From Mobula birostris (taxonomy: Eukaryota): 64,000 nucleotides of DNA. A program made the translations under genes and the position numbers. The notes under the pieces were generated by a model that was not told the origin of the DNA, made no database searches, and saw nothing but the letters and a program-made list of their open reading frames with translations. Location of the stretch: contig NC_092378.1 of the NCBI RefSeq assembly GCF_030028105.1, positions 109,667,731 through 109,731,730 of the forward strand, read 5' to 3'. Below are positions 13,161 to 26,003 of this stretch, piece by piece; positions within the stretch are counted from its first letter, which is position 1, and each line of letters begins with the position of its first letter.

Positions 13161-14831
13161 CCTACCCCTTCTTCGCTTGCGAAGATCAAAAGGGAATATC
13201 TTCATTGCTGTAGGACTTTTCTTTCCGCCTGTGTTATGTAGGTTTATAGTGAGGATCGGTGCATGCGGACTAATTCCATTCTTTAGGCCTGGGGACATTC
13301 CACAATGGTACAGTGAGTTATGACAACTGCTGTGACTCCAAGGCTGCAGATTGAGTATCGGAGTTTTCCTTCCCATAGACAGATTGCCTGGCAAGGCCAA
13401 TGAGCCCCATCCACCCGGGTTTGGAATCGGAGCTGTCCTTCTCCTAGGCCAGCAGCCAACCAAGGCTGATGAGCCCAGCCTGCCCGTCCGGTTATACCGC
13501 TGGACACTTGCTCATGCCATGAGTGCAGAATTAAGTATTACAGATGCAGAGAATGTGCAGTGTACCAGACTGTAAGGTTCAAGACTACAACCAGGTCTAC
13601 AAGGGTCAAGAACCAATCATATCATGCCAGGAGACTGCTCAATAGACTTATAACAGTGGGGTAGAATCTGTCCTTCTGACTAGTGGTACCTGCTTTCAGG
13701 CTTTTTTGTATCTTCTGCCTGATGGAAGTGGGGGAGAAGAGTGAATATCCAAGGGGGTGGGTTCTTTTATTATGTTGACTGCTTTACCTAGGCAGTGAGA
13801 ATTGGCCTCATCTGATGGCAATGATGGAGTATGGTTGGCCTCAGGTTAAGGGTTGTGTGGAAAGAAGCTTGGTGTTCCCCTCTCCCATAGTGTTTCAAGG
13901 ATGGTCAGGGCACTCGTCTGAGTGCTACTGGTACCATGTAACCCGGTACTACCTGTCGCATGGTCGGGTGGTCGGTGACTAAACCGGCTCCCCCACCGGG
14001 CTTGCCTGGTGAGGAGGGTGGCTATAAGGGTGCAGGATGAAAAACAAGACCTGTCAAAGGGCGGATGAACCCTCTCGTAGGGTCAACAACCACCTGGAAA
14101 CACGTGCCGTGAAGTGCGGAAAGGGCATCCCTTGCATCAAAGCCTGGTCTGGCCATTCACTGCAACAGAACTTCCCCCAGCTGTCTTGGACCCCACCATG
14201 CTGCTGGATCTGGGAGGAGATGTCGAGAGGGTGGGTCTAGACCTGTGAAACCCCCTACTCACCTAAAATCCATTCACGCACACACTGTTCCTTTCTGAGA
14301 AGTGGGGTACCACCCCACTAACTGTCTAAAAGGAACCATTATCATCCTATGGGATGGATAGCCAGAGAGAGTGTTTCAAGGATGCCCAAATTTTAACTGT
14401 TCCATTACTTCCTAACCAATTCCATTTAGGAGAACTGTGGAGGCACCTGGAGGGATGAAAAGTGTTGTGGGTATTGTGACAGAATGTTATTTTGTTGAGA
14501 AATATGCTGTGGCCATTCTTCCTAACACTACCAGGAACAGAAAATCTAATCGTTGGGATTGGAGAGGGCAAGATTCAGCACCCCTACCCCCCGTTTTGGG
14601 TCTCAAAGTTCAAAGTAAATTTATTAAGAAAGTACATTTATGTCACCATATACAACCCTGAGATTCACTTTCCAGCCCGCAGTCACAGTAACTACACGGA
14701 TTCACAAAAGAATCAATGAAAAAGCACACACAACAAAGGCAGACAAACAACCATTGTGCAAAAGACAACAAGCTGTGCAAACACAAAAAAAGAAAATAAA
14801 TAAACTCTTAAGCAATAAATATTGAAACCTG

Positions 14832-15419
14832 AACAACAGGAATTCTGCAGATGCTGAAAATTCAAGCAACACACATAAAAGTTGCTGGTGAACGCAGCAG
14901 GCCAGGCAGCATCTCTAGGAAGAGGTGCAGTCGACGTTTCAGGCCGAGACCCTTCATCAGGACTAACTGAAGGAAGAGTGAGTAAGGGATTTGAAAGTTG
15001 GAGGGGGAGGGGGAGGTCCAAAATGATAGGAGAAGACAGGAGGGGGAGATCCAAAATGATAGGAGAAGACAGGAGGGGGAGGGATGGAGCCAAGAGCTGG
15101 ACAGGTGATTAGCAAAAGGGATACGAGAGGATCATGGGACAGGAGGTCCGGGAAGAAAGACGAGGGGGCGGGGGACCCAGAGGATGGGCAAGGGGTATAT
15201 TCAGAGGGACAGAGGGAGAAAAAGGAGAGTAAGAGAAAGAATGTGTGTATAAAAATAAGTAACAGATGGGGTACGAGGGGGAGGTGGGGCATTAGCGGAA
15301 GTTAGAGAAGTCGATGTTCATGCCATCAGGTTGGAGGCTACCCAGACGGAATATAAGGTGTTGTTCCTCCAACCTGAGTATGGCTTCATCTTTACAGTAG
15401 AGGAGACTGTGGATAGACA
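14832..15419 (-). mobile_element. Penelope-like element, truncated (GIY-YIG C-terminus + pLTR)
   Basis: LLYCKDEAILRLEEQHLIFRLGSLQPDGMNIDFSNFR; near-identical to the 18889-19440 part of the longer copy. Confidence 0.9.
14928..14970 (-). ncRNA. Minimal type I hammerhead ribozyme (Penelope pLTR)
   Basis: Minus strand: agtc CTGATGA a gggt-ctcg-gcct GAAA c GTC gact. Complete catalytic core, stem I agtc/gact, stem II, GUC cleavage triplet, palindromic ACGT stem III. Confidence 0.75.
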
Positions 15420-15959
15420 AAGGGAGAAGCCAGTTGATCATTTCCTGATCAGTCAGGGCATCAAAGGAAAGGCGAGAAGGCAAGTCTATGGGTTTGAGTG
15501 GGATCCGGGATCAGCCACAATGGAATAGCAGAGCAGACTCGATGGGCTGAATGGCCTAATTCTCCTCCTATGTCTTATGGTCTTATGGCCCTGATGAATC
15601 TTTGCCTCTGGCGGTTGCTGTACATTTCCCAAAGGAGGGTGTGATGTTTTTTTGTACAAATTGCATTACTTCATGAATTGCTTGATTTGCATTTTTTATA
15701 ATTGCATGCCGCCTGCTTGAACTCTTGATGTCCTTGAATTGTATCATCGTCTTTTCAGATCGTGCCAAGATTTCCCTTTGTCAGCATCTCAAAACAGCTT
15801 TTCGCAATAATCATATCATAAGTTACATTTACAAGCACCAATAATATCTTTAAATATTTCAAAGGAGCATTATCAAACAGAATCACGGCAGAGAAGGATG
15901 CTAATAAGCCCATTTGAGAAGAACTCATTGCTATCTATGAGCAACCTAGCAGGCGCCTC

Positions 15960-16400
15960 CATGGTTGGAGGGTAGCTGAACAGTTTTATTATGTATGAAA
16001 AGAAATGAAGAGATTAAGCAGACTGGACCTTTAAACTCTAGAATTAAGAAGAAGTAAAGGAGATCTAAGTGAAAAAATCATTACAGAGTAGATACAAGAC
16101 TGATACTTCTCCTGGTCAGAGTGCCAAGCAGTGAAAGCCATGGCCTTGGAATAAGAGTCCCATTCCTCCTGACTGAGATTTAAACAAATTTCTTTACCCA
16201 GAGGTGGTGAATCTCTGGAATTCTCTACATAAGGAGGTGTGGAGCATCAGTCCCTATGTATTTTCACTTTAGAATTTGGTCGAGTTTTAGAGATTAAGGG
16301 AATCAAGGGATATAATTAATGCAGAAAAATGGAGCTGAGGTAAAAGATCACCCACTATCTATATAAATGGTGGAGCAAGCAGAAGGGACGGACAATCTAG
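15960..16400 (+). mobile_element. Decayed CR1 3' fragment
   Basis: aatttctttacccagaggtggtgaatctctggaattctcta (NFFTQRVVNLWNSL remnant). Confidence 0.7.
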
Positions 16401-17149
16401 CTCACCATGGCCCCTGCACTTAAATTGCCTGTGTACATTGCAATTTTATTGCAAGTATAATTTTTTTGTCCTTTTGTACTTATTTATGGAGTGATCTGTC
16501 TGGGTGGATACAAGTAAAAGCTTTTCACTGTATCTCTGTATAAGGGACAATAATAAACCAATTACCTACTAAAAATAGCAGTCTTCAGCCTCTATTTCTT
16601 GTGTTCTTGTTTGAGGAAGTATTGAAATATTTGTTCTTGAGGGAACAGCAGGCCTGTTAATCAGTAAAGGCTTGAGTAATAAGCAAATTGCACTTATACA
16701 TTACTTAATAAATTCCTTGCATCCCTCTGCTCCATACAGTCATGAAATATGTTGCAAAATGTGGTGAGGTAAGAACGCTCTCTTAAGTTTATTCTCTTGC
16801 TCTTGTTTGTTCTTTCCAATTTTCAGCTTGTCTCATTTATTGCTGGCACTCTTGAAATGAGTTGATTTTTTCAGCTGATCACTTGCTCTGAAAGCCAGTG
16901 AGTGGCCACCCAGTCAGGAGTTTACCACAGTTCTTCTTTCTCAGTAATGTTTCTGTTCTTCATTCTTTCCAATTCCAATTTCACAGTCCTGCTGGTCATC
17001 CCCCAAGTCTGCATCATTTCCATCATCTTTACCCAATTTATAGAATTAGAAAGTTGAAACATATTTCCATGACCACATCTGCACAGATTCCCTCTCTTCA
17101 GAGTTTGTGAAAAATGTCCGAGCTCGGGTGGTTGCAATCAATCATAATC

Positions 17150-18760
17150 ATGATTAAAGTTCAAAGTAAATCTTACTATTAGAGTACATATATATCAACA
17201 CATACAACCCAGCGATTCATTTTCCTGCAGGCATACTCAGCAAATCTATAGAATGGTACCTATAACGGGATCAATGAAAGATCAACCAGAGTGCAGAAGA
17301 TAGCAAACTGTGCAAATGCAAATATAAATAAATAGCAATAAGTAATGAGAACATTAGATAACAAGATAAAGTGAGATAATTAGTTGTGGGAACATCTCAA
17401 TGGATGAGCAGGTGAGTGTAGTTATTCCCTTTTGTTCAAGAGCGCAATGGTTGAGGGGTAGTAACTGTTCTTGAACCCTGTGGAATGAGTCCTGAGGCTC
17501 TTGTACCTTATACTTGATGGCAACAGCAAGAAAAGAGCATGGCTTGGGTGGTGCGGATCTCTGATGATGGATGCTGCTTTCCTATGACAGCGTTTCATGT
17601 AGATGTGCTCAGTGATTGGATAGGATTTACTGAAAGTCAATTAAATGATTCGGATTAGATTGGTTTATTGTGTTATACACAAGGGTGTAATGAAATTTCT
17701 TATTCTCATGAAGCTCACAAGAGTAAAGAATACAACAATAGAAGCAGTGATAAGTGCAAAAATGATGGAATGGTCTATGAACAGTATGCAAGACAAGCCT
17801 TTCACTGTATCTTGGTTCATGTGACAGTAATAAACCAACACTAATATTGCATATTGAGGGAAAGCTAAAGTGATAACAATGGAAGGGGTAGAAATGAGAA
17901 TTTGGCAGCACCATCAGGGAGGAGACGTGAAAGAGCTGATTGGTTCAGAAGTCTGATAACAGTGGGGAAGACACTGTTATTGCGTCTGGTCATCTAGGCT
18001 CTCAAGCTGCTGTACCCTCTCAAAGCTCAAAGTAAAATTGTTATCAGAGTGCATATATACACCCCTGAGATTCATTTTATTGTGGGCATACTCAATAAAT
18101 TCAATAGCCATAATAGAATTAATAAAAGATCACACCAACTGGGCTTTCAACCAGTGTGAAAGGGACAATTATCTGTGCACATACAAAGTGAAAGCAATAA
18201 TAATGATAAATAAGCTATAAATATTGAGAACATGAGATGAAGAGCCCTTGAAAGAGAGTCCATAGGTTATGGGAACAGTTCAGTGACGGGGCGAGTGAAG
18301 TTGAGTGAAATTATCCCCCCTGGTTCAAGAGCCTGATGGCTGATGGGTAATAACTGTTCCTGAACCTGGTGGTGAGAATCCTCAGGATCCTGTACCTTCT
18401 TCCTCATGGCAGCAGCGAGAAGAGAGCATGACTTGGGTGGTGGGGGTCCATGATGATGGAAGCTACTTTCCTGCAACAGCACTCCATGTAGACGTGCTCA
18501 ATGTATGTGCTAGAAGGTGGAAGAGAGAAAGGAGAATAGTCAGGGTGGCAGGCATCTTTGATGAAATCTTAGTTTTCCTGATGTAACACATTGTGAAGAT
18601 GGACTAAATGGAGGGATGTGACTAGCCCCTGATGGCCTCAGCTTTGCTTACCAGTCTTTCAGGTTCTACCAGTTCAGAGCTGAGCAATTGCCATATCAGG
18701 CCTAAATGCAACCCATCAGGAAATTTTCCAATTAAAAAAGTACATACAATAAATGGAGAT
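17150..18760 (-). mobile_element. Cluster of Rex1/Babar-type 3' fragments
   Basis: Repeated KAASIIRDPHHPSHALF...KNSYYPSTI remnants with (aaagtt/ctc)aaagtaaa tails. Confidence 0.75.
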
Positions 18761-18888
18761 TGTCATCAATATCCACATCAGGAGCTAGCAGCATAATAGC
18801 CTCTGTAAGGCCTTGGTTAAGGTTTTTAGTGCTACACTGTAGATATTTCATTTTAGCAGTTCTGTAAGAGCAGTCTGTTCTGCTTTCA

Positions 18889-20076
18889 ACAGGAATTCTG
18901 CAGATGCTGGAAACTCAAGCAACACACATCAAAGTTGCTGGTGGATGCAGCAGGCCGGGCAGCATCTCTAGGAAGAGGTACAGTCGACGTTTCAGGCCCA
19001 GACCCTTCGTCAGGACTAACTGAAGGAAGAGTTAGTAAGAGATTTGAAAGTGGGAGGGGGAGGGGGAGATCCAAAATGATAGGAGAAGACAGGAGGGGGA
19101 GGGATGGAGCCAAGAGCTGGACAGGTGATTGGCAAAAGGGATACGAGAGGATCATGGGACAGGAGGTCTGGGAAGAAAGACGGGGGGGGGGCGGGGGACC
19201 CAGAGGATGGGCAAGGGGTATAGTCAGAGGGACAGAGGGAGAAAAAGGAGAGAGAGAGAAAGAATGTGTGTATAAAAATAAATAACAGATGGGGTACGAG
19301 GGGGAGGTGGGGCATTAGTGGAAGTTAGAGAAGTCAATGTTCATGCCATCAGGTTGGAGGCTACCCAGACGGAATATAAGGTGTTGTTCCTCCAACCTGA
19401 GTGTGGCTTCATCTTTACAGTAGAGAAGGCTGTGGATAGACATATCAGAATGGGAATGGGATGTGGAATTAAAATGTGTGGCCACTGGGAGATCCTGCTT
19501 TCTCTGGTGGACAGAGCGTAGGTGTTCAGCAAAGCGGTCTCCCAATCTGTGTCGGGTCTCGCCAATATATAGAAGGCCACATCGGGAGCACTGGACGCAG
19601 TATATCACCCCAGCCGACTCACAGGTGAAGTGTCGCCTCACCTGGAAGGACTGTTTGGGGCCCTGAATGGTGGTAAGGGAGGAAGTGTAAGGGCATGTGT
19701 AGCACCTGTTCCGCTTACAAGGATAAGTGCCAGGAGGGAGATCGGTAGGGAGGGATGGACAAGGGAGTTGCGTAGGGAGCGATCCCTGCGGAAAGCAGGG
19801 GTGGGGGGAGGGAAAGATGTGCTTAGTGGTGGGATCCCGTTGGAGGTGGCGGAAGTTACGGAGAATAATATGTTGGACCCGGAGGCTGGTGGGGTGGTAG
19901 GTGAGGACCAGGGGAACCCTATTCCTAGTGGGGTGGCGGGAGGATGGATTGAGAGCAGATGTACGTGAAATGGGCGAGATGCGTTTGAGAGCAGAGTTGA
20001 TAGTGGAGGAAGGGAATCCCCTTTCTTTAAAAAAGGAGGACATCTCCCTCGTCCTAGAATGAAAAGCCTCATCCTT
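18889..20076 (-). mobile_element. Penelope-like retroelement, 5'-truncated, with GIY-YIG endonuclease
   Basis: ORF 19315-20043(-): RVPLVLTYHP...VIYCVQCSRCGLLYIGETRHRLGDRFAEH...PVATHFN. Flanked by a ~13-bp TSD tgttct(g/a)ctttca (18876-18888, 20077-20089). Confidence 0.93.
18981..19023 (-). ncRNA. Minimal type I hammerhead ribozyme (Penelope pLTR)
   Basis: Minus strand: agtc CTGACGA a gggt-ctgg-gcct GAAA c GTC gact, with an intact core. Confidence 0.75.
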
Positions 20077-20829
20077 TGTTCTACTTTCAGCTTGCTTGGG
20101 TTTGAGCTGAGATAAGAGGCTTTGTTGTTCAACTTAGGAATGTGCTGTCAGCCAATCAGGATGGTGGAACTGGGAGAAGGTTCTGGAGAATGCTGGGTTG
20201 AGGTTTTTTTTGACAGGAACTGGGAGAAGACAGGAAGGAAGATAGCCGAGGAGGCCGTTCCTGTTGCACAGGATGCTTTGTGCAAATGAATGGCTTCAAG
20301 GAGGAAGGACCAATACTCTTGTAGGAGAACTGTTTGTTCAAGAAGGATTTGAGCAACATTCGGAGGGTGGTATGTGCTTTCACACAGACCAAGGGTCCAG
20401 TGCGTGAGTTACAGAGAGGTTCAAGATGAGCTCCAATTTAAGTGCACATTTGACTGTTTAAGAATAATGGATACTTTTTGTTTTTTTTTTCTTTGTTTCC
20501 TTTAATAACTGTTTGGTTAAGTTAACATTCTTAAATATATTTCCTTATAACTATGCAGTGTACGATCTGTTGTTTCTTGCCGATAGGCAATTGCCGGGGG
20601 CAGTAAACCACACAGCATTCACACAAACAGGGTGCTCGAGACATCCCAGCCTCACAGATTTGGCGGGACCAAAGTCCTACACACCCAAGACGTACGGAGC
20701 CTGAGAAAGGTGGGTTTCTCACCACGGGGTCCAGTGGCTGTTAGTGAGGGGCTAACGAGCGGCATTTCCAGGGACACCCAATAAAAAGGGATTTCACCTA
20801 GAAACTGCTGTAAGAAGTAAAACTATACG

Positions 20830-21062
20830 GAGTGGAACTTGGAGTTCAATCCCAGTGTCCTCTGTGAGGAGTCTCTGTCCATCCTCCCCAGTGAATGGGT
20901 GGGTTTTTGTTGGGTGCCTCGGTTTCCTTGCACAGTCCAAAGACATAATGAGTAGATTGTAATTGGCCCATGATTAGGTTAGATTTGTTTGTATTTGTGG
21001 GGCTGCTGGGGCAGAGTGGATCAAAGGGCTGGAAGGGCCTACTCCACTCAAATAAATAAATA
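20830..21062 (+). mobile_element. V-SINE-like element (partial)
   Basis: B-box-like ggagttcaatccc, V-domain-like ggtttcctt...cacagtccaaagac, and an (aaat)n tail. Confidence 0.65.
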
Positions 21063-21134
21063 GATAGAACTGCAGCTTCCGAGTTAAAGATAACAATTAA
21101 GGGTTTGATTGCTCTTTTATTGTGTACACTCTTT

Positions 21135-22040
21135 CAGCCTAGATCGGTATAAGTTACATAAAGCTGTGAAAAGGACATCTTCACTGTCTCCTGCTCACAC
21201 TTGGTCCACAGATTGATCAGCATGTGTAACCAGCTTGAGGTGGCCTTATGGAACAGGGTGAACTGCAGCAAGTGAAAGACCTTGCTCTTTGACAACTGGC
21301 CCATCCTATTCTCCATCAGGTAATGCGAATCTTGTTCGGCTGCACTGGGATATGTGGCACTGGAGGGAGTAGCTAATGTGAAAGAGAAGTTGGGAATGTG
21401 GGAGCGATACCCTCTCTGATCAACTTCAGCATCAGCTACATGGTGCAGGAGCAGCCCATAGCTTGTCCCCGTGTAGTCACAGACACCCAAGCCGTCTTTT
21501 CCTTCATCTAGAGATCGCAGGTGGATAGCATCCACTGGGTCATGATATACAGGGCTGCAGAGAAAGAGAGGAGAAACACATCCAAAGTGGTTGTTCATCC
21601 TGATAGCCACTTTTGTGTGTGTCTCCATTGAGTGGGAGTACACAAACACTAAGTGTCACCATGTGTAGAGGCTCTGCCTGTCCCCAGAGTGGTGAAGAAT
21701 GGGCCCTCATTGTCATTGCAATTTTCCATTCATTTGGACTTCACAAAACCACCCTGTTCTTTGTAGAAAAATTCCTGTGGGAAACCAACCCGATCGCGGA
21801 TTTATCAGGCAATAGCCAGCCTGGAACATCCAGAAGGCCCTGTGGGAGAACGAGACGGTGAATCCTGTGGGATGGTAACCAGAGTGGACTGTCAAAATTA
21901 TTTGGCAGACTGTCTCATCACAGAACTCACAAACAAGCGCCAAGATCTCCCTTGACTGGCTGTAAGAGGGACCCTTCTTATCAGATCTGTCCTGCACAAT
22001 CAGGGCCCCAATCTCACTGCACAGAGCCCTCAAGATACCG
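21135..22040 (+). mobile_element. Decayed Tx1-like (L1 clade) LINE ORF2 fragment
   Basis: Plus-strand remnants ...ITV..HRLISMCNQ..VNCSK..LLF.NWP, FVEKFL, and TVKIIWQTVSS..LTNKRQDL..LAVRGTL. Confidence 0.6.
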
Positions 22041-23167
22041 CTTTGTCAACTGCGCATTTGCTATTAAGGCTTGGAGAATGATTCAATGGTCCTTGTAGAG
22101 GTTCTGAAGAAGTTAAGATTAGTTTCACTCCCAGAGGATGTTTTACTTATGTATTTAGTGATACAGCCTTTTAGCCCTTTGAGCTATGCCACCCCCCAGC
22201 AACCCCCAACAAACCCAATTATCCCTAACCCAATCATGGGACAATTTACAATGACCTATTAACCTACCGGGTATGTCTTTAGACTATGGGAGGAGACTGG
22301 AGGAACCCGGAAAAAAAGCCATGGATTCCACAGGGATGCTGGAGGAGAAGAGCAAGACAGGGCAGAAGCATTGGGACAAATGATACAGCATTGAGATAGT
22401 CTCAGTTCTTTCCATCTGGCAGGCTATGTAAGTTACATGACAGATTCTATGCATGCATGGTGAGAGGGAGAAAGTTTAAAGTAGAGGTCCAGAGCAAGTT
22501 TCTTACACAGAGTGGTTGGTGTCGGGTATGTACTGCAGGAGGGTACATACCAGCAGATAAGATAGTGCCATTTAAGTGCTGTTAGATAGATGCAGAAATG
22601 AGGAGATATACTGTATTCCATGTACAGACAGAAGAAATTTAGTTTAAATTGGCATGATGTCAGGCACAGACATGATAGGTCGAAGAGCCTGTTCCTGTCC
22701 TGTACTGTTCCACGTCCTAGACCAAGACTGACGATGTGAGGAAGTGCATATTCCCTACTGAGTCCTGGGAACCTCTGCACCTAAACTGTAAAAATGATGC
22801 AGACTGTATAAGTGACAGGAAGAGATCACCAGCTCACCATCCTCACGTTGCAGCACCTCTTGCCCCACCTGTGGAAGTGCCTGGAATTCCTCCATTGGCC
22901 GCATCAGTCACCTCGAGCCCACAAACTTGAATCTTAAGCGAATTAACTTAGATCTCCAGGAGAAGCAGTTATATCCAATGCTCTCAGCCAATTTCTACTA
23001 CCACATCAAGATATTTCTAAAAAATTCAAAGTATATATTATTCATGAACGATTTGACTGAACACAATACAAAACATTCAGTTAGGAAATTATCAGTGTGA
23101 GTTAGCTGGAAGCTGGATTCCGTGATGGTGGTAGATTTAAGTCGATCAGTCACTTGACACTTTAGAA

Positions 23168-25274
23168 CAGGGTTTCTCAAGCATCGCTTTTGGAATTTCA
23201 CGCGGCATGCGATTCTAGCGCTCGCAGTCGTGGGCAGTTACCAAGCGGCCCCATTAGTAATCTCATGAGAGGTTTCTCAGCCCAGTGCGCAGTGGGACCG
23301 TGTTTATTCTCAGTTCTTGACGTGAGAAAGGGGAGGCTGTTGATTTTTAGTGAGTGCTGTATTGCACAGAGGGGAGGACAACGGGCTGATGGCGAATGCT
23401 GTATTGCACGGAGGAGAGGATGGTAGGCTGATAATTGGTGAGTGCTGCATTGCATGGAGGGGAGGACAGTGGGCTGGTGGTGAGTGTGAAGTGTGTTTTC
23501 CAAACATTGTATGGATTGACCCAGCTTTGGCTGTGATGTTAGCCTCTCCCTCCCAAATTACCTCCCCCAACTTCCCCTTACGTAGTGCCGACTGACTTAT
23601 AGGAGTAAACAAATTCTACCAGTGCAGTGGAAAAGGCACACAGTTGATGAGAACCTAATAATGCCAACATGTAAGATTATCATGGGTAAAATACTTGGAC
23701 AAGATGCAGTATGAGAAATTGAAAACGTTTCACTCTCAAACAGTACAATAAGTCGCGCATTGATGACATGTCACATGATGCTGAAGAGGTTTTGTGTGAT
23801 AAACTGAAAAACAACGGCTTATTTATCCAGATTGATGACTCAACAGATTTTACCAATAAATGCCAAGTTGTAGCATTTGTGAGATTTGTAAATGATGGTG
23901 AAATTCAGGAAAACTTTTTCTGTTACAAAGAGCTGTGTGAAACAAGCAAAGGCCAAGATATGTTTCATGTTTTGTCTTCATATCTGGAAACAAAAGGTCT
24001 GTCTTGGAGGGACTGTGTTGACATCTGTGCTGACAGTGCCCCATCAATGGCTGGCTCCGTGAGAGGTTTTGTTTCTCTTGTAAAAACAGAAAATCCTGAC
24101 GTTGTCACAACACACTGCTTTCTTCACAGAGAGGTGAGGTGTCAAAAAACTCATGGAGATGAAATGAAAAAAGTTCTGGATGATACTACAAAAATAGTTA
24201 ACTTTATTAAACAAAGGCCAGTTCACTCGAGAATGTTTTAAAAAAACTGTGGGAAAACCTGGACAAAGAGTACGCCAATCTCCTGCTACATACAGAAATC
24301 TGGTGGCTTAGCAGAGGAAGAGTTCTCAACAGGGTGTTTGAGCTGAAAGGTGAATTGCAGGGGTACTTTCAAGAAAATCATAGGCCAGATTTTGCAGAGC
24401 ACTTTGAGAGAATAGGAATAACTTTGTGAGCTGTAGTCTGATTGTACTGCAGTCAAGATGAGATTTATTGACCTGCCCCTGGGCAAGTTCTGGATTTCTG
24501 TGAAAGAAGAGTATCCTGCCATTCTTGGGAAGGCAATGAACATTTTGCTGAAGTTTTCAACTTCTTACATGTGAACAAGCTTTTTCTCGTTTAACAAGCA
24601 TCATGAACAAGGATAGAAATAAGGTCATTTCATTTGAAGGTGAAATCCAGGTGTGCTTATCTCAAGTGTGACCCAGAATTGAGTACTTGCGCGGCAAAAA
24701 CACAAGCACAGGTTTCACATACTAGGCCTATGTTTAAGCCTGATCATGTCATTTAGTAAGAAAATGTTTTTGCAAAGTATTGTATAAAATTGTGTCTTAG
24801 GCTATATTTTTATTTATATTGCTTTGGGTTATGGTTTTTAGTAACTTTACTATTCAACATTGTCAATAACTTTTCGAGTTATAAATAGCATTAACTAAAA
24901 TCAATTTACAACCTTTATTTAAATTAAATCTACCAAGCCTACCTTTAGAAAAATTAAATCCCAATTTGGCTTAAGCCAGTTATTTCACAGAAATTTACTA
25001 TGTTTGCCATATGATTTTTTAAAATTTATGAAAGGGAAAAAAAGGAATTAATTTCAAGAAAGGTAAGCTAAGCTTAACTTTTTTTTTCCAAGAAATATTG
25101 GCAAAAAATCATTCTCTACTCAAAAGAGCATTGACAATTATTTTTGGATTACTATATCAGCAACTTACTGACTATGACCTGTAGATATAATAATTTTTAC
25201 AAATGGGTTCCCTGAGATCTGAAAATAATTTTCAAGAGTCCCACCCCTTTGGGCTAAAGGGTTGAGAAAAGCTG
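23168..25274 (+). mobile_element. hAT/Buster (Charlie/ZBED5-like) DNA transposon, defective
   Basis: TIR cagggtttctcaa / ttgagaaaagctg with a perfect 8-bp TSD ctttagaa (central TA). Transposase remnants IQIDDSTD, ICADSAPSM, THCFLHRE, TEIWWLSRG and FSTSYM.EQAFS. Confidence 0.92.
23350..23490 (+). repeat. Degenerate ~43-bp tandem repeat in the hAT left arm
   Basis: About 3.5 copies of gtgagtgctgtattgcac.gaggggaggaca..gggctg.tg. Confidence 0.7.
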
Positions 25275-26003
25275 CTTTAGAATCGCCTTGTCGGAAAATG
25301 TTTTATTCTTGTCTTTTTAGTGTCATTGTTGAAGGCATAATATTTTGATGGCTTCTAATACAGCTTTTTATTAAAATATCAACAAAGATTACATTTAAAT
25401 TTACCTCTCTTTGAGCATTAACTTTCCAATCTTGATATATTGTTCAAGAGAAAAAATACAATAGCTCATAATGGTGTACCGTAGCTAGACACATTAGAAT
25501 CCTGAAATCTACCTGTAGTTTTTGTAAGAACCCTACTTATGAAACACACTGCAAGTGTCATACACAGCACTTGCAACTCTGCATGTTACGGAAACTCCTT
25601 GTACAATTGAGTTTATTATTCACCAGAAAAAAATGGCATGGAGCAAATGTTAATTATCTGAAAGTTTTTGCAGTGTGTTCCTCACTTCCTCTTAACCTCA
25701 CATCGTTCCTTCTTGCAATAGTTCCTTTATTTTAAAAAATGAATAACATTCAGAATAACGAACAGTCAGAATGAGTTGGAAATTGTAGCATAAGGGCAAG
25801 ACTGTTATTCCAGAGATACAACTTTGACTTCTATTTGGGGATTTTAAGTGTAAGTAGTTACACAAAACTGGTCTATAAAAGCTAGTAACTATGAGTATGG
25901 ATGACTATGAAACCAACAGATTATTGTTAAATGTAACTGGTTCATTAAAATTCAGGGACAGCAGCTTGCTATCTTGCTATCCTTACTTAGAACAGATTAA
26001 ATA

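Larger units (their letters stand above)
18804..20797 (+). mobile_element. Solo-LTR-like element interrupted by a Penelope insertion
   Basis: Begins tgtaaggccttggttaagg and ends caataaaaagggatttcac; homologous (inverted) to 10557-11899. Confidence 0.65.

Noticed and set aside
19315-20043. GIY-YIG nuclease as a host or prokaryotic gene
   Set aside because: It is embedded in a TSD-flanked Penelope element with a pLTR.
21134-21649. 171-aa minus-strand ORF
   Set aside because: Antisense shadow of the decayed Tx1-like LINE on the plus strand.
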